Below are positions 24,301 to 34,019 of a stretch of 49,493 nt of DNA, piece after piece (position 1 is the stretch's first letter; each line of letters begins with the position of its first letter). The stretch spans positions 1 to 49,493 of the forward strand of contig JAUCBJ010000793.1 in the NCBI GenBank assembly GCA_032718475.1, given 5' to 3'. A program made the position numbers and the translations under genes. A model generated the notes under the pieces. It saw nothing but the letters and a program-made list of their open reading frames with translations. It searched no databases and was not told the DNA's origin. Source of the stretch: Nemertoderma westbladi (taxonomy: Eukaryota > Animalia > Xenacoelomorpha).

Positions 24301-25181
24301 ATCCCTCCCAAAATATGAGGTGAACAAGTGAGCCCAAAAAGAGCCCTTGTGTATCGATATGCCTGTATGTTTGCTTCTTCAATAACAATGCCTGAGCAGC
24401 TTTTAATCCACAAAAAACGTAAACAGTTTTGATCATTTTCATTTGTCTGGCAGCGTAGGAAGGCTTGTTCAATATCAGCAGTGATTCCTATGCTGTGAAG
24501 CCTGAAGTGTAGCAATGAATGACACAAATTTGGAAATAAATGCGAGCCAGATTCTAAACAATCATTCAATGATAGGTCGGTAGGAAATGTTCTAGCTGAT
24601 GCATTAAATACAACTCTTAATTTTGTGCTTAATCGAGTTTCCCTCAACACCCCATGATGTGGAATGTAATGTGCTACTTGATCCTTACTTATTGGTTCCC
24701 TATGATCTACTGGTTCGATATAGCCTTTGGAAAGATGATCCGTTATGACGTCATGATATCTTTGTAAAATGCCCATCTTCTGTAATCTGTGTATTAATGA
24801 TGCTAGTTGTTTAAGACACAGACAATAGTGGTCCTGCAAACTGCTAGGTGCTAACTTCCATGGTAACGAAACGGAATACATTCCATTAATGAATACTATT
24901 TCCTTTAAAACATTCTTAGGGTCATCAAAGTCATTGGGTGAAGTTATACCTATACTTTCTAATGTCCAGAATGCTTGCAGTAATTTTAAAATTACGTCAT
25001 TTTCATTTTCATCTAATGTATCTGAATCTGTGTTTGTAATCTTAGTGATGATAGACATACAAGATCCAATGTTGTGTGGGTTAGAATGACTTAAATGTGT
25101 ATTGTAAGAAATTTTTCCCGAAAGCAACCAACCCACTCCGCTATCCAGTGCCACTAAGAAATTTTTCCCGAAAGCAACCAA
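21306..25181 (-). CDS. BEL-B pol (RT, RNase H, integrase), 1291 aa, cut off from gag by a frameshift
   Basis: Motifs HYIPHHGV, KLRVVFNASA, ADIEQAF, HVDDL, FSDASKY, NPADLPTRG, CVTCK, VGIDFAGP and FSDNASTF. Confidence 0.93.
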   Translation of the reverse strand: MVAFGKNFLVALDSGVGWLLSGKISYNTHLSHSNPHNIGSCMSIITKITNTDSDTLDENENDVILKLLQAFWTLESIGITSPNDFDDPKNVLKEIVFINGMYSVSLPWKLAPSSLQDHYCLCLKQLASLIHRLQKMGILQRYHDVITDHLSKGYIEPVDHREPISKDQVAHYIPHHGVLRETRLSTKLRVVFNASARTFPTDLSLNDCLESGSHLFPNLCHSLLHFRLHSIGITADIEQAFLRCQTNENDQNCLRFLWIKSCSGIVIEEANIQAYRYTRALFGLTCSPHILGGIVKHHLDIESERTDLQQSERDAIEKLREIHVDDLCSGANSVEEGRLLQTTCKSILGRAGFKIRRWTTNSCELQRMFNTVEERASNCNNRTAESIIEEDQSFAKTNLSLSPPQTNTVRRVLGQCWDLSTDTLGYDVLPVYNFIATLPLTKKVILQLSARLYDPLGLLSPFTAQFKVMFQELCKTKVSLEWNSPLPDHMVKVFKKCLEDIPHINNITVPRYLFDTTRDIATFEIHGFSDASKYIYAGVAYIRTTYTDNTSSVKLLASKAKVNPVPKNGNSLGTPRLELLGALIMIRLITFVKQGLKLPCKVYLWSDAVDVIYWIKATSSNCKQWVQSRVTEIRSLTQQLKGQWRFCPGIQNPADLPTRGMTVEQLIKATTWFNGPKFLSAEEETWPNKLVIDPIEVSQDCLKEFKSSIVAVTTIKSPDEVISNCFPYSNYSNHTVIIRKLAWVLRFVSNIRASIHKHPLSLSVVPSAEEMTQAEITLLRMIQLEHYKPELEYLQQPKRGRCPNIIKQLNLFIDHQGVLRSKGRAQTPYLTWQAQNPILLPPKDHFTKLVILNAHHKVMHSRVRDTLVQIRERYWIPRARQVIKNVLRNCVTCKRIQGRPYTKQETSPLPIERMTIDTSPFTNVGIDFAGPVMAVRSLSDPIGSTFKVYICLFTCAVVRAVHLELVTSLSVAAFISAFRRFIARRGVPALIFSDNASTFKRSAADIKLYNKFLDSDIVRKEFGELLTKWVFNVERYPAAYGFIERLVGVTKGVLRKTLGRTVLTEEEIRTVLTSCEAVVNSRPLTFIYSDSKENYQILTPSHFLVGKRLCALPSPTVKSINLDLSRTNLINRLKYQERASNLYWKLFREEYVAELRQHHRSQNHYNRNTIIPKVGDMCLLLDEKLPRCLWKLCMVNKLIVSRDGVIRAITVNVAERGREARLLSRSIRHVIPLEITADKPTDTTIKPDKDNLKPVPVDNKITNDETAIITDNSRLSRLAKRKIKPGFYNAK

Positions 25182-25204
25182 CCCACTCCGCTATCCAGTG
25201 CCAC
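25105..25204. repeat. 50-bp perfect tandem duplication causing a frameshift in the BEL-B protease region
   Basis: 25105-25154 equals 25155-25204. Confidence 0.93.
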
Positions 25205-27237
25205 AAGATCAGAGTTAGTTGCTCTCAACACTGACCCGGAAACCAAGTTCCAATACTGATCGGCTCCCACCAACAAATCGATAATGAAATCACCTCCGTT
25301 ATTTGGAATACTTAATGAAGGATCAGCCAACTCCGAAGCTTGTAAGTCTAATGTACATGTTTCTTTCCATGCTTTATTTCCAATCCCTGCCTTTAGTGGT
25401 GGGCAAATATTGTGTGTTATTAATGCTTTAATATTCTTCGTAGAACCATCACGTAAAATTAAAGTCAGCTGAGTGACATCATAAATATTTGGCTCTGTGC
25501 TGACACCTCCAAAACCTCCTACCTCACTACCTTGTTTACCGCACAACGGTAAATAATGTTTATCCGCAAACCGTTTTGTTATAAATGTAATTTGTGCGCC
25601 TGGATCAAATAATATGTTAATGATGCACTCCTGATTGGATGCAAGCAAACAGCGTACAACTGCTGTTTGTAAAAGAACGTCACCATCTGTTTCGTCATAA
25701 TGTGGCATGACCATTTGTAATCCTGAAATTGGTTCTGTTGATTCAGTGTTTGTAATAACTACTGGTGCTTGTATATGTGTTGGATTTGGCTTGGTGTTTT
25801 TTCTACAAATCGATGTGTGGTGACCGTGAGAGTGACATATGTAACACGGTTTCTTTCTTCTGCAATGTCGTATTTGATGAGAGTTGTCGAGGCACTTATA
25901 ACAACGATTGTTTGTAGTTAAAAAATTCCTCCTTTGTTCAACATCTGCTATTATGTGACACGTTGATGAGTAGTGTCCTTGTTTGCAATACACGCAGTGG
26001 GGCATTGCTGCTGATGCTGGTCTGGAGAAGTTTGATACCGTTTGCTCTGACTGGCGTGAGTTTCGGGTATCAAAACGCTGCATATTGTTTGCTCTGTAGT
26101 TGTTATTTGTATATTTATTAGTTGCTGAATTCGACACTACCAGTGCTGATGCGCTTGGCATTGCATATGATTGATTAATACTTCCATAAACTGCTTTATT
26201 GCTTTGAGATAATTCCGCTACAGCATCTTCCGTGGCTAAATGGATTTTCAGCTGTGCCATTACCCACTCTAAATTATCAACCTTGTTTTCTGTGAGTCTT
26301 AACAACCGTTTTGTTATATCAACTGATATTACCCTTAAAATATCTGGAATAACTATTCTTTGGTACTCAACTGTTGTAACCCCCAATGCTTCCAATGCTC
26401 TTATATTTGATGTGCAGGTATCATAAACTTGTCGGAGGGTGCTCGCTTTGCCTAACCTATGTGAAATGTTACGTAACTGTTCAATGTGACAATTTATTAT
26501 TCGACTCTCCTGCCCAAACTGCTCTTTTAATAATTCCATAGCTATACTGTAGTTATCCCCTGTTACAGGAAGTCCCGCTACGACTGATTTGGCTGGTCCC
26601 TCCAAACTTTGTGTTGGAATTTTAGCACATCTGGAAGCCCAGAATCATGAATTGCTGATTGGAATGCATCCCTCCAGCCACAATAATTGAGAGGGTTACC
26701 ATTAAATTTTGGTGGTTGTAATTTTGGCAAGACAGAACGTGCTACTATACTACTACTATGAAATGTAGGAACGTTACTTGGCTGTACCGGTACAAAATTT
26801 TCATTAATCTCAGACTGATTTTGTACTACAGTACCCTGATAATCTGCATAATTAGCACCGGAAATTGAGAGTTTGAGTTTAGTGATAGTGTCAGATAGTC
26901 TAACCTCATACTTCACTGCACCTTCAGTGTCAGTTTCTACAATGTCCTCTTCCATCAGTGACCAAATCTTTTCGTTAATAATGTTTAGTCTTTCTCTGTA
27001 GTTTTCGAGTGTCGCTATCTTACTTGTTCGACTTTCAATGTTGAGAGTGCCAATGTCGTCCTCTATGGAGTCGATGGAGATTGTGGTAGCCGACCGAATG
27101 CCCTTCCTTGATCCACGTAGTTGACGCAATTCCTTTTCTTCCAACATTGCCATGATGAATGATGATGATGCCGTTTCAATAATACCAGTGAACTTACTCA
27201 AATGTAATAAATTACTCAATTTAAATACAATTATCAA
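25154..27237 (-). pseudogene. BEL-B gag-protease (frameshift near 26600)
   Basis: LPKLQPPKFNGNP...KFQ is out of frame with EGPAKSVV. Three knuckles (CVYCKQGHYSSTC, CYKCLDNSHQIRHC, CYICHSHGHHTSIC). Protease ILFDPGAQ. Probable start near 27153. Confidence 0.9.
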
Positions 27238-27243
27238 TTTTTA

Positions 27244-27253
27244 TCGGGCGCCA
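27244..27253 (-). promoter_or_regulatory. Primer-binding site TGGCGCCCGA (tRNA-Lys-like)
   Basis: Directly follows the 5' LTR. Matches the first 10 nt of the tRNA-Lys3 PBS TGGCGCCCGAACAGGGAC. Confidence 0.7.
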
Positions 27254-27528
27254 TGTCGTACATGTATCAACCAATTACTTGGTTGTAATGGAAAATGATC
27301 TTTTAATGTAAAACTTTACTGTTTTCTTGATAATATAAATGTTAATTAATCTACACATATCCCGTCACCTCAATACTTCATATATCAAATTAATTATAGT
27401 ATGAGTCGAACACATGTTGGCACATAAAGTGGTACTGTAACTTGTATCATATTGTTTGCACAGTAAATCAATTAATGTAAGTGTGAGGTATGATCTCATA
27501 AGTGGATAAAATAATATATTGCACGACA
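27254..27528 (-). repeat. BEL-B 5' LTR
   Basis: Matches 20721-20995 with no difference found by eye. Confidence 0.96.
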
Positions 27529-28653
27529 CATTTAGAATTGTTAGAACAGTAGCTATCTTTTTCAAAAGATGCGATGAATTTATATTGAGTTATTAGAATA
27601 CTACAGCATGTTTGTTGTTTTACCATTTCCATGACAACCGGTGATAACACCAAGTCAGCTACCGATTCAGATTTGTTATCATATCAAAATGAATGGCCAG
27701 AAGCTAGGTCTTCCCAAAAATATAAGTTCCAGATGGTTACCAAAAAGTATCCCCTATGCTGGCTGGCCCATGGACTACTACTAATATGTGTTAAAAACAC
27801 TCTATACTTAATTTCGTGTTTAATTATTTTTGGTTTATTGTGTTTTAATTACTATATATATTATTCCGCAATAATTTTTATTGTCCATTTAAATCACTCA
27901 TGATGTCCTTTTTTTGACTTTTTATGTCCTCCAGAAATTTACCGTTTGGTTCCATGCTACTGGTTTCTCTACTGCTGTTCTCTCAGGCTATCAGTACCGG
28001 TATTAGTATATAGAGCACTATGTTGCACACCAGGTGCAGTATTGCTGTATTGTATGTACATATGTACAGACTGTCCCATACCGATTGGTGCAATGCGGAC
28101 TCGTTAGCCAGAGAAAGGCGTCCAATGGTGCGAGTTAATGATGCGGATTTTATAGTCGCTGTATCTGATAGGACCCCCTGTCACGATAGAGGATGCGTCG
28201 ATATACATAGAGACCTTCGAGACACCAAAGATTGCCGGTACTTTCGATTCCTACAGAGATTTAAGACTAGGTTTCTGGAAAATATCTTTCTGTCCTAAGG
28301 ATTATAAGATGTCGCCTTGTACATGTTTGCCTTTTTTAAAACATTATCATTGCAAACATATATTAGGTATTGCAATTCAGCAGAAACTCGTAAAAACTCC
28401 GTTGAGCGTGATAACGGTTCCGCTGGGACAGAAACCCAAGAAAGGAAGGCCGAAGAGGGTGTCTAAATGTTTATCGCGAGATTGAATTATACATTACTTT
28501 TGGATCTCTTTATCATCTTGGACTTTAACTGTATTACTGTACTGCACTACTGTATTACCACAACTAACTGACTCTGCTACAACCAACCTTCTTTAATTAA
28601 TTAATTACTAGTTTATACGCTAATACTGTAATATGGGTTAATTAAAGAAGAAT

Positions 28654-31600
28654 ATGGACGTGTCGGCGTCCACCGTCGACCTCAGCGTAGCCGGGCAGCC
28701 CAAGCACAGCTGCCCGGTTTGCTCGAAATTGACGGTGGTGACCCTGAGGGGAGGGCTACGGGTCCACGGGCCCCAGAAGAACCATTGCGCTGGTTCCGGT
28801 TGGTCTCCCAGCAGCCCGCCACTCCCCTCCCAACCGCAACCGGCGACCACGACCACCACGACAACCGATCCCACTGCCGCGCCGCCCCCGCCCGGACCAA
28901 CAAACTACAGGGCGGAGGACGTGCTGAAGCTGCTTCGGAACTCCCGAGTGAAGCAGCTGAGGCACGTCCCGAAGGCGGCGCGGAACAACCTCGCGGACCT
29001 CCTCTCCGAAGTTCTCTCCATGATCATCAGCAACCCCAACTGCGTCGACTCGTGGGTCAACCTCCTGCTTGTCTGTCACCGCTGTATTCCCGCCCCTAAG
29101 CGTGGGGGCCGGCGGCACACTCGATCCCTCGCGTCCCAGATCAACGAGCTGATACGCGAGTTCCGGAGCAACCTACACCAACCTCCGGAATCTCGATCCA
29201 CCACCACCGGATCCCGCCGGCCCAAGAATCGAGACGACTCCACCCGTCTCGCTGCAGCGGTGGCAGAGAAGATTGAGGATGGCGATGTGAAGGGCGCCAT
29301 TCGCCTGGCGTCTTCTAAAGACTTCATGGCGCCCAACACACCAGAGACTTTGGAGAGGCTGAAGTTGAAGCACCCCTCCCGACCGGACGACCGACGGACT
29401 CCTCCACCATCCGTGGCGACCCCAACAACTCCCCCCTGCTCGCCCGCGGTAGTCAGGAAACTCGTTGCGTCGTTCCCGTGCGGCAGTGCGGGCGGCCCCG
29501 ACGGAATGCGGCCGCAGATCTTGAAAGATCTCATCGGCCACACGAACGGAGAAGCTGGTAACCGACTTGTCTCCAGTCTCTCCCGGTTCATCGACGTCGT
29601 GGCCGCCGGCACCATTCCGGAATCCGTTCGCCCCACATTCTTTGGCGCCAACCTGTTTGGTTTTTCCAAGCAAGGGGGTGGAGTCCGCCCCATCGCGGTG
29701 GGCAACACAGTTCGTTGGGGAAATCACCAAGGAGGAACGGACGGAGTCGTACGGGAGCATCCAGCTCGGGATCGGGACAAAGAATGGTGCGGAGGCGGCC
29801 GCCCACGCGGCGCGGTCGCTCGCCACGGAGGACAACGTTCCGGGGACTGTGTTGCTGAAGGTCGACTTCAGCAACGCCTTCAACTCGGTACGGCGTGACA
29901 CCCTCCTCGAGACTGTGTACCAGCGTTACCCCAGCGTGTACAACTACACGCTGGCGGCGTACGGAGAACCCAGCTTCCTCATCTACGGGGAGGAGACCCT
30001 CCTCTCTGACGAGGGAGTCCAACAGGGGGACTCCGACGGTCCTCGACTGTTCGGCGACACGGTGAACCCAACCATCCAGTCGCTGAAGTCGAGTTTTAAC
30101 GTCTGGTACCTGGACGACGGGAACCTCGCCGGTGACTACCGAGTTGTTCTGGAGGATCTACGTGTGGTGATAGAGGAGGGGAGGAAGTGCGGACTCGTTA
30201 TCAACCCTGCAAAGAGCGAACTCTTCTTCCTCGGCGCCGAGTCCGACGAGTCCCGCGCGCGCATCCGTGGCAAGTTCGACGAGGTCTGTGCGGGCATCCA
30301 GGTCCACCCGCTCGAGGACCTGACGATGCTCGGTGCCCCCATCGGGGTCGCCGCCACCGTATCCTGCCTTCGGGAGAAGGCGGAAGACCTCGCCACACTC
30401 GCCAGCCGGCTGCACCTCCTCGACTCTCACCACGCGTACTTCCTCCTCCGTCATTCCTTCGCCATCCCCCGGCTCACCTACTTCCTCCGCGCCGCGCCTT
30501 GCTTCCAGCACCCGGGACTCCTGGAGGAGTACGACGCAACTCTGCGGGGTGCCCTCCAGAAGATCGCGAACACCCGGATCTCGGACTCAGCGTGGGTCCA
30601 GGCCTGTCTCCCGGCCCGTATGGGTGGCCTCGGATTGAGCTCTGCACTGCAGCTAGCACCTTCCGCCTACTTGGCTTCAGCTGCTGCGTGCACTGCTCTC
30701 TCGAGCCGCTTATTCGAGCCCTCCAGACAACCCGCCTCGGTACCACACGCCCACGAGGTGTGGAAGGCCGCCCTCCCCGCCGGAACCACCACACCAACCG
30801 ACACCACCATACAGAGGGCCTGGATGGAGCCACTCCACGAGGCGAACCGCGCGGCACTGCGGGCGGCCACAACAACGCCACTCGAGATCGCCCGTCTTAA
30901 CGTTGTCGACGACCCGGTATCCGGTTGTTGGCTGGACGCTATTCCCATCAGCTCGCTAGGGCTGAAACTCACGGACTCCCAGTTCAGGGTTTCTGTCGCC
31001 ACACGCCTCGGTTGCAAGTTAACCGAACCCCACAGGTGCTCCCGGTGCGGATCCGAAGTAAAACCGGATGGTCTCCACGGACTATCCTGTGTGAGAAGCG
31101 CCGGGAGGCTGCCACGCCACTCTATGTTAAACGACATAGTGAAACGTGCATTGGCCTCCTGTGGGGTTAGAGCTCGCCTTGAACCGGTCGGGTTGTGTAG
31201 GGCTGATGGGAAGCGTGTCGATGGCGTTACCCTCGAATCGTGGAGTGGGGGCCGGCCGATGACCTGGGATGCGACCGTCGTCGACCCCCTCGCTCCCAGT
31301 CATCTCGCCCAGAGCACGCAGGCCGGCCGCCGTGTTGTCGAGGAGGCGGAAAACTCAAAGATTAAGAAATACGAGGAACTGACCGTCCGAGGGAGCTACC
31401 TCTTCTACCCGGTAGCATTCGAGACCTTCGGTCGGCCCGGTCCTGAGACGGCTGCATTCCTTAAGGAGGTTGGCCGACGCCTCCACGCAGCCACTCAGGA
31501 GCCGCGATCCCATCGGTTCCTCCTCCAACGTCTCCTCGTAGCCATCTTGATCGGCAACACGGCCTCCATCCTCGGCTCCATGGACCCTCTGTCCGACGGC

Positions 31601-31660
31601 CTCTACGACGAGGTTTTGTCGCCAGCTGCCCCCGCGCCCCCCACTGACTCAGCGGGTTAG
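28654..31660 (+). mobile_element. CRE-like non-LTR retrotransposon ORF (zinc finger, RT, knuckle, restriction-like endonuclease), one frameshift near 29712
   Basis: N-terminal CPVC...H...C. RT motifs GPDGMRP, VRPIAVG, VDFSNAFNS, GVQQGD, WYLDDG and GGLGL. CSRC...HGLSC knuckle. RLE RHSMLND...RVDG...WDATVVD...ENSKIKKY. Element ends not resolved. Confidence 0.9.
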
Positions 31661-31882
31661 ACTGATCTTGAACTTTTGTATATAGTTAGGTAGGTAGTTT
31701 ATATTAATTTAGTTAGTGTGCCTCATTGTGCTATAAGAAAATATTCGTCAACATGTTAGCTATTATTTTTATAATTCTATTACATAATTTAATTTAGCAA
31801 GAAATTAAATTGTATTGATTGAATTTGTCGAGTAATTATTAATTTATTTAATTTGATGCGTAATTACATTGTATTGATTTAA

Positions 31883-31974
31883 GTCCTCTCTGTTACAACA
31901 GCCAAGTGTGAGATCCAGCATGCAATGCAGCAATGCAGCAATGCAGCATGCCGATCCTAGTAGTAGTAGTAGTA
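31883..31974 (+). mobile_element. Short retroposed insertion (LINE or SINE 3' end) with (TAG)n tail
   Basis: 12-bp TSD GTATTGATTTAA at 31871-31882 and 31975-31986. Confidence 0.8.
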
Positions 31975-32109
31975 GTATTGATTTAATTTGACAGGTGAAG
32001 AAATTGTATTAATTTTATTTGAAATATAATTTAATTGAATTTATGTAATTTGAAATGTTAAACAATGATGCTGTCTCTTTAAGCTGTCCCATTCCCTCAA
32101 ATGTTCATG

Positions 32110-34019
32110 ACATAGTTTATTGTTATGTTCATGACTTAGTTTATTGTTTTGGTTAGAAGGACCCGCCTCTGTAACCTGCTCCTTTCCTTCATTTAGTAAA
32201 GTGACTGTTTATTGTTTTGGTTAGAAAATCCCGACAAATCTTCAATGTTTTGGCATAGGCATGTTGAAATCAACTGTCTGACAGTCCAGAAATTAGCAGT
32301 CTTGACAGTTTGAAGAAATACATACATAAAAAGTCATTAAAGGACAAAAAAGTCAATAAAGGGACAACAAAAGTCATTATGCACAATTCGTAAAAAAAGG
32401 AGGACAAAAAAAGTCAAATGAAAGGACATAAAAAATCACTGCCATATTATTCAGTGCTAAAACATTAGTCGCATCGATCTATGTTTTAAGTCTATCAATA
32501 TTGTACGTATTTTTTACTTTGTATTTATAATTTAATTATGTGCACTGTTTTAGCATAGTTGAGATGTCTCTCTCTTCTTAAATAAAATATCTTATCTATC
32601 TAAAAACGATTTGTATTAGTTTAAGAATTGAGAAGGGTCGCTGGAGTAGAAACCGCTAGATATGCGAGTCTATCAGTCCGAAAACTTAGCTGCCCAGGAT
32701 GAACATCATGTTCCACTTCACTATCCTTTTTCTCGACATATACGTAGTACAATAAGTTTAGTAAAGTGCAATCAGATTTACAGATCCTTGTTGCCTTGAC
32801 GCCCGAACTTATATGCGATTATATTTTACAAGTATTGGAAGTTTATTATTAGGATAAATAGATAATTAATTAATTATTATAAAATTGTGCTCTTTAATAT
32901 TAATATTTTTCTAATATTTTTTATATTAATATTCTGCTAATTTACCAATAAAATTTAGTAATTGTCAATAAATATACTACTACTAAGGACATTCGGGTCA
33001 GGTACTTCCACTGGCCCTTCTTATATTCAATTAATGCTATTTATTGAAATAAATTTATTATTAATGCAATATATTATTATAATGTTGGACAAATTGTTGA
33101 AACAAATTGTAAAATGGTTTAGGCGAGTGTCACTATATTATATACGGAATTCTTACCCAGAATACACCTTGTTGTGGTGGCATCTCCTTTTTAGTATTCA
33201 TACTCGTGCTATACTCACTATCACACGGAATAAATACAAATTTAATTTAAATTATCTACAATACTCAAGTTTGACATGGAATGGAAAACATAATATATAA
33301 TTCATCAGGAGCGCTAAAGTTAATGGACTTTCTAACCATAATGTTGCTTTGAGCGTTGGAATTACTAATTACGTCATAATTATGAGTTTAAGTACCGAAC
33401 ACGAATCTATTATTGGCAAAGCCATTTATACAGGTAAATTATTATCATTATTATTAGTTATTGATTATTGTCATCTTTATTTACTGTACTTGATAGATTA
33501 ATAATGAGGAAAATAACATAATCCTAGAAAATAACTCTCATAATTCTTCCCAGCGGTGAGTAATTATTATAATATTGCTGCTGCAAAGTCCCTCTCACTA
33601 CTATTTTTAATGGAATTGTTGATTGTACATTATTGCCAATTACTTGTAATATTCGACCTGCATAAATGTTAGTTTTAATATCATAATTTGTCCCCAAATT
33701 TATGCACTCTGCGGTGACTTTCCGCATATATTCTCAGTATTAACTAAATAGTTTTAGTTATTAATATATAATAAATAGTATAAATACTTTTTAGTCCATT
33801 TCTGAGTTGTTTCAGCTTTTATAAGACATAAATTCACCTGTTGTCACCCATACCCGATCTCAAGTGGCCAAGTTCCCCAGTGCTTAAATAAATGAGTGGG
33901 AAGCGGGGATGATGCCAATCGTAAAAGCAATATCTTCTCCATACATTTCAAGGAATTATTGGGGTATTTTGGCACACCGCAGTATTGATGGCCCATTTCG
34001 ATCTAAAATGTGCAAATCC
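32110..34019 (+). repeat. Paralog of 11780-13722, includes the empty site for BEL-A
   Basis: Near identity with small indels. Confidence 0.93.

Larger units (their letters stand above)
20721..27528 (-). mobile_element. Complete BEL/Pao LTR retrotransposon (BEL-B), recent insertion
   Basis: Two 275-bp LTRs that look identical, TSD CATTT at 20716-20720 and 27529-27533, PBS, PPT, and gag-PR-RT-RH-IN domain order. Confidence 0.97.
19470..27777 (+). mobile_element. AcademX-like transposon 3' part, interrupted by BEL-B
   Basis: LESFICQLY...LLPPC...KANYQAYIW followed by a Cys-rich tail (19470-20010). Sequence resumes after the BEL-B TSD. Terminus reads TAGTCCATGGGCCAG on the minus strand at 27777, resembling Academ TAG ends. 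Confidence 0.6.

Noticed and set aside
28638-31170. Many overlapping ORFs on both strands
   Set aside because: Expected from the high GC of the CRE-like ORF; no independent motifs.
28021-31753. Solo LTR (TGTTG...CAACA) enclosing the CRE element
   Set aside because: CCAAT and TATA-like motifs are present, but there is no matching TSD, PBS or PPT.
32071-32082. Kolobok-like terminus (TTAA-AGAGACAG on the minus strand)
   Set aside because: No partner end found; too short to support.
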